Shown here: positions 56,315-64,000 of the stretch, piece by piece
How positions within the stretch are numbered: position 1 is the stretch's first letter
Layout of the letters: each line of letters begins with the position of its first letter
Source: a virus
Virus record (IMG/VR): IMGVR_UViG_3300006341_000010
Coordinates: 2,407 to 66,406 of that record
Length of the DNA: 64,000 nucleotides
Direction: 5' to 3' (one strand)
Notes under the pieces: generated by a model
The model's database searches: none
Seen by the model: only the letters and a program-made list of their open reading frames with translations
What the model was told of the DNA's origin: nothing
Program-made: the position numbers and the translations under genes

Positions 56315-57172
56315 ATGCCTATGGCTATCCGACATCATGGTAGGCCTAATGGTAGTGCCTTGCGACTGCCAAGTAGTAGTACTCAACACAACAGCACAGT
56401 TGCTGCTATCTTGGATGGGTTAGGTACCCAGATTAGACTTAACAACTTATATCTTAGAGAAAATCATGGTGTAGAGATTGACTTCCACATCGCTGGTAGT
56501 TATGCTTTATATGCTTGGCTGAGGCAGGGGTCTCATGAATCTAATCTTTTCATCCCTAATGACCTTGACATCTTTGTGGGTATTAGGATTGTAGATGAGG
56601 AGAAGTTTAATGAGAGAGATGATACTTTCATTAACATAAGGGAAACACCTGATGGGTTTAGTGAGTTAGAAGCTTATAAGCTCCAGATTATAAATGGCCG
56701 AGTAACTCATATGATAGGGTCTGTATTTCATGCCTTCCCTGCTAGTAGTTACTCATCTAGCCGTCTATCTGGGCTTCTCCATCGGAGAGATGCTACTTCT
56801 GAAAGTTCGTATAATACTTTACCTGATGTATTCTCATGCTATAGACTCAATATGGAAAACGCTAATATTCCAGACGTGGGTACAGTCCTTCCTAATTTAA
56901 ATATCATATTCAGACGAGACTTGATAGGGAATGGCTTTGATGAGAACCTGACAACCTTGTTTGATTCCTTTGATTTGTCTTTAACTAAGGCTGCAATATC
57001 TATTACTAATACACGAGGTAGACCACATCAAATCTTTATGAGTGTTGATGATTCCTTCAGGGAATCTATACAACAAAGGGTATGTGATTTTACTCTTGAA
57101 CCTCCTACAGGAGATAGGAAACAGAAGTATGAGGAGAGGTTGAGGGCTATGGGGTTTGACTGGACATGGTAG
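56315..57172 (+). CDS. Nucleotidyltransferase (CCA-adding/poly(A) polymerase head-like)
   Basis: HIAGSYAL...PNDLDIFV...FDSFDLSLTKAAI. Confidence 0.6.
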   Translation: MPMAIRHHGRPNGSALRLPSSSTQHNSTVAAILDGLGTQIRLNNLYLRENHGVEIDFHIAGSYALYAWLRQGSHESNLFIPNDLDIFVGIRIVDEEKFNERDDTFINIRETPDGFSELEAYKLQIINGRVTHMIGSVFHAFPASSYSSSRLSGLLHRRDATSESSYNTLPDVFSCYRLNMENANIPDVGTVLPNLNIIFRRDLIGNGFDENLTTLFDSFDLSLTKAAISITNTRGRPHQIFMSVDDSFRESIQQRVCDFTLEPPTGDRKQKYEERLRAMGFDWTW

Positions 57173-57389
57173 TATTTAGTCATATATACTCAGGGGATTG
57201 TTATGAGTTCAATCCCCAAACTCACCCTAGGACCATAAGGTCCTTAATGGAATTAATAGACTTCGAGATGTTAATATGAACATCAGAGTATTTAGACATC
57301 TATTCTCAGACCACTGTTATCAGTTTTGCTTTGGCAGTAACGCTTGTGCTATTATGATGGATAATAATAACTATGAGGAATTAATATAA
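57166..57389 (+). CDS. Two paralogous 37-aa proteins (57166-57279, 57276-57389)
   Basis: VFSHIYSGDCYEF vs VFRHLFSDHCYQF; end EMLI and EELI; ATGA overlap. Confidence 0.6.
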
Positions 57390-57467
57390 TGGAATATAGT
57401 TTGATGCTACCTGATAGCGTAGTAGATACAATTTTTAACGATCAATCTTTAATGGAGATGTTACCAA

Positions 57468-57734
57468 ATGAAGAAACACTTATTGAAACAGAAGACCTTG
57501 ACCTTGTTGGTCTTGATACACCGAGGCTTCCTGACGAAGGAGCAATCGGCTGAGCTGACAGATGAGCAGGTTTTAGAGAATGTACCGGAGAATCAAGGTA
57601 CATACATCTATCGCCCTGATGATTCATCTGAAGCAAGAGTATCAGCATTCACATACCGTTGGGTTAAGCAACGGGTGAAACAAAACCCTGATGTGACAGC
57701 TGAGGAACTCCTAAAGTCTGCGGGGTTTAAGTAA
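57468..57734 (+). CDS. Hypothetical protein
   Basis: 88 aa, GGAG SD. Confidence 0.6.
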   Translation: MKKHLLKQKTLTLLVLIHRGFLTKEQSAELTDEQVLENVPENQGTYIYRPDDSSEARVSAFTYRWVKQRVKQNPDVTAEELLKSAGFK

Positions 57735-57735
57735 T

Positions 57736-58173
57736 ATGACTAGGAAAAGGTTCTTCCCTGCAAGACCTAAAGGTCTACCAACAGGATACGACTCGTGGCC
57801 TGAGTATAATCTCCACCAAGGCTTACTTAAGGACGAGGAGTTCCACCCTCCCAAAGTAAGCTACGTGGTTGAACGGAAGTATGAACCTGACTTCAAGATA
57901 GAACATGATGATGGTGTGTATCTATTGGAGTTTAAGGGTTACTTCAGGGATAGTTCGGAGGCCTCTAAGTATGTATGGGTAAGGAAAGCTTTACCTGAAG
58001 ATCATGAGTTGTTATTTATATTTGACAACCCTAACAAACCAATCCACTTCAAACCCAAGAGACAGAAGTGTGGGACTAAGATGACCCACGGTCAATGGGC
58101 TGAGAAGAATGGGTTTAATTATTTTGACGAACAAGGTTTCACCGAGTTCTATAAGGAATTAAAAGATGAATAA
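57736..58173 (+). CDS. Endonuclease I / Holliday junction resolvase (T7 gp3-like)
   Basis: YDSWPE, YEPDF, LEFKGYF, QWAEKNGF. Confidence 0.85.
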   Translation: MTRKRFFPARPKGLPTGYDSWPEYNLHQGLLKDEEFHPPKVSYVVERKYEPDFKIEHDDGVYLLEFKGYFRDSSEASKYVWVRKALPEDHELLFIFDNPNKPIHFKPKRQKCGTKMTHGQWAEKNGFNYFDEQGFTEFYKELKDE

Positions 58174-58453
58174 AGCAGTAGTAATTAATTTTAGTTGTGT
58201 GTTTAATTATGCTAAACGTGAGTTTGGTATTGAATGGAATGCATGTTGTGAATTGTTCCACGATTCAGGCTACTTCGAGTACCCTAGGTGCCATGAGGTA
58301 GACTTATGCTTTGATGGTGATGAAGATACCCTCTCTAAGGAAGACATCTTAGCAATTGATGATAGTTATTCTAAAGCTAAGGTGATATTCTTTAAGTACT
58401 TAGAGACACAAGATATTCCTAAGGGCTTTGCTGTTATGGTGGATAATGACTGA
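58166..58453 (+). CDS. Hypothetical protein
   Basis: 95 aa, AAGGA SD. Confidence 0.6.
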   Translation: MNKAVVINFSCVFNYAKREFGIEWNACCELFHDSGYFEYPRCHEVDLCFDGDEDTLSKEDILAIDDSYSKAKVIFFKYLETQDIPKGFAVMVDND

Positions 58454-58510
58454 TAAACTTCAGAAGATGAATAAGCTAGACATTTTATTTTATTTAACAG
58501 GAGCTGTCGT

Positions 58511-58864
58511 GTGGGGCAGCCTATTAGGATTAGGAGCTATTGCATGTGTGATGTATGTGTTAAGTTAAAGAAAGAACAACAGAAAGAACCGGTGTCTATG
58601 TCACCATCAGACGCTATGAAGATTAACAAAGCCATACAGTTAGGTAAGTATGACAAGGTTATCATCGGTTCTACTGCGGTAGGTACGAAGCAGGAAGTTA
58701 TTGTAGATGTCTATGATGTCTTACGAGCATTTAATGTGACAGACCCTGCCCTTGCCCATGGCATTAAGAAAGCCTTATGCCCGGGACAGCGTGGGTCTAA
58801 AGGTCCTAAGCAGGATATTGATGAAGCTATTAAGTCCTTGGAGAAATTCAAAGAGGTAGTGTAA
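58511..58864 (+). CDS. Conserved phage protein (DUF3310-like)
   Basis: DVYDVLRAFNVTDPALAHGIKKALCPGQRGSK...DIDEAI. Confidence 0.65.
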   Translation: MGQPIRIRSYCMCDVCVKLKKEQQKEPVSMSPSDAMKINKAIQLGKYDKVIIGSTAVGTKQEVIVDVYDVLRAFNVTDPALAHGIKKALCPGQRGSKGPKQDIDEAIKSLEKFKEVV

Positions 58865-59082
58865 TGGCTATATATCTGGACGTGAGATATCCTAGAGTTC
58901 TATTCTGTGATTGTATCCAAGATATTTATAGAGATAGGAGAGGCTTTAGTTATATGAGGGAGGCTTCTCTAGTATTAGAGAGAGACCCTAACGACCCTGA
59001 GCATTCGTTCAAGGTTCTTAAAGACCGGATGACTGGTGAGATAGGAATCTGGGTAGATGATTTATATTATAAGGAGTACTAA
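58864..59082 (+). CDS. Hypothetical protein
   Basis: 72 aa, TAATG coupling. Confidence 0.55.
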   Translation: MAIYLDVRYPRVLFCDCIQDIYRDRRGFSYMREASLVLERDPNDPEHSFKVLKDRMTGEIGIWVDDLYYKEY

Positions 59083-59086
59083 CAAC

Positions 59087-59488
59087 TTGTCATTAGAACA
59101 ACAGGTAATTCAATTCAACGAGACATACAAACCAGATCAACGAAACCTAGTAGCTGCAATCCCAGATCCTGAGGGGATGCAAGCGTGGGTATCTATTGTA
59201 GGTGAGGAGTTCCAAGAACTTCATGAAGCCTATGAGGCTGGTGATATTGTCCAATACTATGATGCCTGTATTGATGTTATCTATGCGATGGCACAACAGA
59301 TGAACCTATATGGTTTCCCTATAGACCTAGGGTTACGTGAGGTTCAACGTTCAAACATGTCGAAGCTAGATGAGGATGGTAAGCCTATCATTCGTGAGGA
59401 TGGTAAGGTTCTTAAGGGCCCTAACTTTAGTGAGCCTGATTTCAAGAAGATCTTGGAGGATCAAGTTGAAAACAATAGTACATGTTAA
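59087..59488 (+). CDS. MazG-like NTP pyrophosphohydrolase
   Basis: EEFQEL..A...DACID, EVQRSNMSK, REDGKVLKGPN; TTG start after AAGGAG. Confidence 0.85.
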   Translation: MSLEQQVIQFNETYKPDQRNLVAAIPDPEGMQAWVSIVGEEFQELHEAYEAGDIVQYYDACIDVIYAMAQQMNLYGFPIDLGLREVQRSNMSKLDEDGKPIIREDGKVLKGPNFSEPDFKKILEDQVENNSTC

Positions 59489-59699
59489 TCAGCATGTGAT
59501 CAAGAAGAACAGGAAGGATGGGACTCAAGATCCTGTCCTTACCTGTAAGACCTATAAGGATAATAGGTATGGGATGGAAGCAATCATAAAGGATGATCAA
59601 GGTAAGGAAGTCGGTAGGTTTATCTATAGCCCTGACAAACCTTTATCTTGTGGAGCCCATGTATGGTTTGAAACAAGGAATAGAGTTGAAGTTATCTAA
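59466..59699 (+). CDS. Conserved phage hypothetical protein
   Basis: GGAGG SD, TTG start; KTIVHVNQHVI...PDKPLSCGAHVWFET. Confidence 0.7.
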   Translation: MKTIVHVNQHVIKKNRKDGTQDPVLTCKTYKDNRYGMEAIIKDDQGKEVGRFIYSPDKPLSCGAHVWFETRNRVEVI

Positions 59700-60006
59700 G
59701 CTTAAGCATAGGAAAGCTAGGCTCGACCGGAACATTAGAGGTTGTTTATATGTAGCATACCATCGTAGATTAAAGAAGTACTACGTTGGTGTTACATCTA
59801 AATCATTTAATGAACGGTACGAGAGGAGAGATCCTAAGCACCACTTCTCGAATGCATTTTATAAAGAGCCATGTGCCTTTGACATATGGATTTATAAGTT
59901 CAATAACATTGAGAATGCATACAGGATGGAAAAGAAACTGGTAACTTGGAAGGAAGTTAACAGTGGTAAGTATTATAATAAGATTCCCGGAGGTAGGAAT
60001 GACTAA
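59686..60006 (+). CDS. GIY-YIG endonuclease
   Basis: GCLYVAY...YYVGVT...ER...E...YN. Confidence 0.7.
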   Translation: MKLSKLKHRKARLDRNIRGCLYVAYHRRLKKYYVGVTSKSFNERYERRDPKHHFSNAFYKEPCAFDIWIYKFNNIENAYRMEKKLVTWKEVNSGKYYNKIPGGRND

Positions 60007-60154
60007 ACAAGATCAAGCACTAACTGATTATGAGATTGAGAAACAACAGAAAATGGAAGAAGCTGAGGAACGTAAGGCAAAGAAGATCAAACTTCGTCAA
60101 CGTCGGAAGACCCGTCATTACTTTGCAGGGACTGAGGGGCATGAGTGTGAATAA
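59999..60154 (+). CDS. Small basic protein
   Basis: GGAGG SD, MTKQDQAL... Confidence 0.55.
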   Translation: MTKQDQALTDYEIEKQQKMEEAEERKAKKIKLRQRRKTRHYFAGTEGHECE

Positions 60155-60365
60155 AGATTCTAAATCAATGATAAAGGTTACTTTTGATGATGGATATAGT
60201 TCCTTGTTTTTCCATGATGAATATCTAGATGATGTCTCAGCTAAAGAAATAGCAGAGATTAGGGTGAGAGAGCTTCAACTTCTAAGTGATCGTAGTTTAG
60301 AGATAGATAAAGTTAAACACACTAATATAAAACCATTAGATAAACTCAAAGGAGAACAATCATAG
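60141..60365 (+). CDS. Hypothetical protein
   Basis: MSVNKDSK..., GAGGGG SD. Confidence 0.55.
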   Translation: MSVNKDSKSMIKVTFDDGYSSLFFHDEYLDDVSAKEIAEIRVRELQLLSDRSLEIDKVKHTNIKPLDKLKGEQS

Positions 60366-61021
60366 AACAGTCAGTTAAGTTAGTAGGTAAATCAGTACCA
60401 GTACTTGAGAACCTTAAAGACCTAAACGAACTCTTAGCCTACCAAGCTAAGGTGTCAAACCTTGAGACTCAAGACGATATGACAAGAGCACAACGCCTGT
60501 TAAAGTATTGTGCGGAGCATGGTCACTGGTCTGTATTTGAAATGGGTAATATCAACTTCGAGATTGTGACTACCCGTGACATTAGTCGACAGATCTTACG
60601 ACACCGGTCATTCAGTTTCCAAGAGTTCTCACAACGATACAGTGAAGCACAACGATTCACTATCCAACGTGAGGCTAGGTTACAGGATGAAACAAACAGG
60701 CAGAACTCTATTGACTCTGAGAGCGACCAGCTACAGGATCAATTCAAGGAACTGCAAGCTATGACCCTAGCAACCGCAGCAAGGGCATACCACTCAGCCT
60801 TATCAATGGGGATAGCTAAGGAATGTGCAAGATCTCTGTTACCTGAAGGCCTTACAGAATCTAAGATGTATATGAATGGGACTGTGAGATCATGGATCCA
60901 CTACATCAAGGTTAGGGAAGGTAATGGTACCCAGAAAGAACACATGCAATTAGCTAACATGATTAAGAAAATATTACTTGAAGAACTACCAGTACTTAAG
61001 GAGGTACTAGAAGATGAGTAA
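60362..61021 (+). CDS. thyX: Flavin-dependent thymidylate synthase, probable AUA start
   Basis: HWSVFE, RQILRHRSFSFQEFSQRY, ECARSLLP; N-terminal SVKLV strand lies upstream of the track's GTG. Confidence 0.95.
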   Translation: MEQSVKLVGKSVPVLENLKDLNELLAYQAKVSNLETQDDMTRAQRLLKYCAEHGHWSVFEMGNINFEIVTTRDISRQILRHRSFSFQEFSQRYSEAQRFTIQREARLQDETNRQNSIDSESDQLQDQFKELQAMTLATAARAYHSALSMGIAKECARSLLPEGLTESKMYMNGTVRSWIHYIKVREGNGTQKEHMQLANMIKKILLEELPVLKEVLEDE

Positions 61022-61104
61022 ACGTAACAATAATGGTGACGGTGGATTGATTTTCTTTGCAATCGCCTTGATTGTATTATGTATGTTATAAGAGGATAAT
61101 ATAA

Positions 61105-61578
61105 ATGAATAACTACCATGAAGCATATGATTTAGAGGGAGAGTTAAAGGTCAGCCTTGAGTTGGCCTGTGACTTCGAGGGGTTCAAGGAAGATTATTAC
61201 CTATGTCCTGCTGGCTACAAGACCATAGGCCACGGCAGGAACTGTGAGGCTTATCCATTAACAGATGATGAGCCTTATCCGATGACAGTCGAGTACTCTA
61301 AGGAATGGACATTAGATTTCCTTAAGACCGAGAGGCGATTAGCTATTGCTAAGTGGCCTTGGTTAGTAACTCAACCACCTAGTGTCAGGATTATTATTAC
61401 TGACATGGCATTTAACTTAGGGATCTCTAAGCTCTCACGCTTCAGGAAGATGTTAGCAGCTATAGCAGCTGGTAGTTATCTTGAGGCAGCTGAGGAGCTG
61501 AAGGATTCCTTGTATTATGTCCAGACAGGTCGTCGAGCTAAGACCCATTATGAATCTTTAAAATATTTAGGAGCATAA
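61105..61578 (+). CDS. Lysozyme (GH24-like endolysin)
   Basis: FEGFKEDYYLCPAGYKTIGHG, DMAFNLG, QTGRRA. Confidence 0.85.
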   Translation: MNNYHEAYDLEGELKVSLELACDFEGFKEDYYLCPAGYKTIGHGRNCEAYPLTDDEPYPMTVEYSKEWTLDFLKTERRLAIAKWPWLVTQPPSVRIIITDMAFNLGISKLSRFRKMLAAIAAGSYLEAAEELKDSLYYVQTGRRAKTHYESLKYLGA

Positions 61579-61581
61579 AGA

Positions 61582-63414
61582 TTGTTTAAGATTGAAACAC
61601 ATGATTTCAACTGGTTGACGGAGGAGGCTAAGACCCTCCTTCAAGACTACTATGTTCAGGATGGTGAGTCTATCCCTGAGTTATTCCAACGAGCAAGTAT
61701 CAGCTATTGCTTTGGTGATTATAAGTTAGCTGAAAGGATCTATGGGTACGTTAAGAACCAATGGTTCATGTTCTCATCCCCTATCCTTTCCAATGGTACC
61801 TTGCATGACTGGCCGCTGAAGAAAGATCCTTGGATTGGATCAAGGTTCAGGAGGAATCAACGTTGGTTATCTAAGCAAGAGAAACCACGAGGCTTACCTA
61901 TCAGTTGTTTCCTAAGCTATGTCCCTGATACTATTGAAGGACAGTTCGATGCTGACGAGGAGATGTCTAGATTATCAGTAGCAGGTGGTGGCGTAGGTCA
62001 GCACTTAGGTATGCGAGGGGTTACATCAAAGAGTCCCGGTGCTATCCCTTACGCTAAGAATGTAGATGCTAAGATCATGTACTACAAGCAAGGTGAAACC
62101 CGTAAGGGTGCAGTAGCTTGTTACTTAGATGTATCACACCCTGACATCCTTGAGTTCATAGGGATCAGGAAGCCATCAGGTGGTGACCCTAACCGGAAAG
62201 CATTTAATATCCACAACGCTGTGAACATCACTGATGATTTCATGGAAGCTGTAGCTAATGATTGGGATTGGGATCTTGTAGCCCCTAATAACTTTGAGGT
62301 CGTTGAGACCGTTAAGGCTAGGGTTATCTGGGAATCATTACTTGAGACTAGGTATAAGACAGGTGAACCTTACCTGAATAATATCTCAGCAGCTAATCGT
62401 AATTTGCCATTAGAGATGCAACGACAAGGACTTCAGATCCATGGTAGTAACCTCTGTAATGAGATCCACTTACCTACAGATAAAGATAGGACAGCAGTAT
62501 GTTGTTTATCTTCTGTTAACCTAGCTTACTATGATGACTGGGTTAGGACTGACATGGTTAAAGATTTAATTACATTCCTTGATAATGTTATTGAATACTT
62601 TATTACTATGGCTCCTAAGGAAATGCACAAGGCTGTATACTCAGCATTACGATCTCGTGACCTAGGCCTTGGGGCTATGGGTTGGCATGAGTACTTACAG
62701 AAGAATGACATCCCATTTGATAGCGGAGGCTTTAATAGTGCCATACAAAAGACTAATCAGTTGTTTAGTGAGATCAAACGACAAGCCGTACAGGCCACTA
62801 AAGCCTTGGCAAAGGTACGTGGCATTGCTCCTGATAGCTATATTCGCAGGCATAGAAATTGCCATCTACTGGCGATAGCTCCTAATGCCAATAGCTCCAT
62901 AATCCTAGGGACCTCGCCGTCCATAGAACCTTGGAAGTCTAATGGTTTCATGAGAAGGACTCGGGTTGGTAGTTACATGGTTAAGAACCCTACCTTAGAT
63001 AAGTACATTAAGGATAAGTTCCCTGAGAAGTATGAGGACTTATGGGATAGGATCATTAAGGCTGAAGGTTCAGTACAAGATATAGAGGAGTTCCCGGGTG
63101 ATATTAAACGTTGTCACAAGACAGCTGATGAGATACCACAAGAACATATCATTGTCCAAGGTAGACACAGGCAACAACATCTATGTCAAGGGCAATCCAT
63201 TAATGTATTCTTTAAGGCTGGCGAATCCAAAGCTAGGTTTAATTATATCCATGCAATGGCATTCGCACCGGCAATGGATGGAGTTCCTCTTAAAGGATTG
63301 TATTATACTAGAACCAAAGCCTTGAAGAAAGGTGAGGATATAGGGAAGCAGGTGGAGCGTGAGGCTCTTAAGGACTTCTCTGATGAACCAAATTGTATTA
63401 GTTGTGAGGGTTAA
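61582..63414 (+). CDS. nrdA: Ribonucleotide reductase class I alpha subunit
   Basis: FSSPILSN, ISCF, GGGVG, SNLCNEI, IAPNANSS, C-terminal CISCEG. Confidence 0.95.
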   Translation: MFKIETHDFNWLTEEAKTLLQDYYVQDGESIPELFQRASISYCFGDYKLAERIYGYVKNQWFMFSSPILSNGTLHDWPLKKDPWIGSRFRRNQRWLSKQEKPRGLPISCFLSYVPDTIEGQFDADEEMSRLSVAGGGVGQHLGMRGVTSKSPGAIPYAKNVDAKIMYYKQGETRKGAVACYLDVSHPDILEFIGIRKPSGGDPNRKAFNIHNAVNITDDFMEAVANDWDWDLVAPNNFEVVETVKARVIWESLLETRYKTGEPYLNNISAANRNLPLEMQRQGLQIHGSNLCNEIHLPTDKDRTAVCCLSSVNLAYYDDWVRTDMVKDLITFLDNVIEYFITMAPKEMHKAVYSALRSRDLGLGAMGWHEYLQKNDIPFDSGGFNSAIQKTNQLFSEIKRQAVQATKALAKVRGIAPDSYIRRHRNCHLLAIAPNANSSIILGTSPSIEPWKSNGFMRRTRVGSYMVKNPTLDKYIKDKFPEKYEDLWDRIIKAEGSVQDIEEFPGDIKRCHKTADEIPQEHIIVQGRHRQQHLCQGQSINVFFKAGESKARFNYIHAMAFAPAMDGVPLKGLYYTRTKALKKGEDIGKQVEREALKDFSDEPNCISCEG

Positions 63415-63418
63415 TTAG

Positions 63419-64000
63419 TTGAGCTTATTTGAAGCTAAAGAAACGTACAAGCCATTCAATTATGAGTGGGCAGTACAACGTGCTGAAATGCATGAGAAGA
63501 TTCACTGGGGTACTTGGGAGGTAGACCTCGGTGAAGATGTTAAAGACTGGAAGTCTAATAAGATGACTGATAAGGACAAGGATTTTATTACCCAAGTCCT
63601 TAGGTTATTCACTCAGTCTGACTGTCAGGTAGAGAATAACTACCTTGACTACCTCTTACCTAAGTTCAAGAATAATGAGATCAGGATGATGTACCAATCA
63701 TTCGCTAACCGTGAGGGTGAACACCAACGAGCATATGCCTTGTTGAATGATACCCTAGGTTTCCCTGACTCAGAGTATTCTACGTTCTTAGACTATGAAG
63801 CAATGGCTAACAAGATTGACTTCATGAAAGATATTGATGTCCACTCCCTGTCTGGTACTGGATTGGCACTGGCCAATTTCATTATGTCAGAGGGTGTATC
63901 ATTGTTTGGTTCATTCGCTATGCTCCTTAACTACCAGCGACGTGGCCTTATGAAAGTGATGTGTACTGTAGTTGAGTGGTCGATTAGGGATGAGTCAGAG
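63419..64000 (+). CDS. nrdB: Ribonucleotide reductase beta subunit (partial)
   Basis: MSLFEAKETYKPFNYEWA...HEKIHW...LFTQSD...REGEHQRAY...EGVSLFGSF...WSIRDE. Confidence 0.95.
   Translation, partial: MSLFEAKETYKPFNYEWAVQRAEMHEKIHWGTWEVDLGEDVKDWKSNKMTDKDKDFITQVLRLFTQSDCQVENNYLDYLLPKFKNNEIRMMYQSFANREGEHQRAYALLNDTLGFPDSEYSTFLDYEAMANKIDFMKDIDVHSLSGTGLALANFIMSEGVSLFGSFAMLLNYQRRGLMKVMCTVVEWSIRDESE

Noticed and set aside
57389-57553. 54-aa acidic Lys-free ORF coupled to the 57276 gene
   Set aside because: Overlaps the better-supported 57468 ORF by ~85 nt; cannot be supported from sequence alone
26705-63414. Inteins in TerL, helicase, polymerase or NrdA
   Set aside because: No insertions with C/S...HN-C/S/T splice junctions; core motif spacing is normal

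Overview
The window is 64 kb of an AT-rich dsDNA podovirus with phiEco32/Kuravirus-like gene content. No integrase, repressor or phage RNA polymerase is visible, and the host is probably a gammaproteobacterium (consensus sigma70 promoters, rrn-type boxA). The left half (- strand) holds an ECF-type sigma factor, TerS, TerL, portal, scaffold, major capsid, adaptor/nozzle, tail fibre/spikes, ejection proteins and a partial holin-like gene, interrupted by an HNH gene and one small + strand gene. Around 29.9-31.4 kb is a non-coding divergence region with T7-like short-repeat arrays (probable genome-end junction), tandem rrn-like promoters, boxB/boxA-like elements and two ~200-nt structured RNA candidates. 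The right half (+ strand) holds early genes separated by T7 R1.1-type RNase III hairpins, tRNA-Arg(CCT) plus a tRNA-like element, a membrane-protein cluster, a peptide-ligase cluster (GGCT, GATase-II, COOH-NH2 ligase, amidoligase, ATP-grasp), T7-like replication genes, thyX, lysozyme and nrdAB. The most striking unexplained signals are: (1) a set of lysine-depleted proteins (ATP-grasp, amidoligase, nucleotidyltransferase, ~12 small proteins ending E-x-L-I/V); (2) a GATase gene with an AUU start, a dnaX-like -1 frameshift signal and a start-less Zn-ribbon extension, both junctions on Lys codons; (3) repeated AUU/AUA starts in middle genes; (4) gene-less structured RNA arrays in the early transcript. 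All counts were done by hand; no database searches were run.
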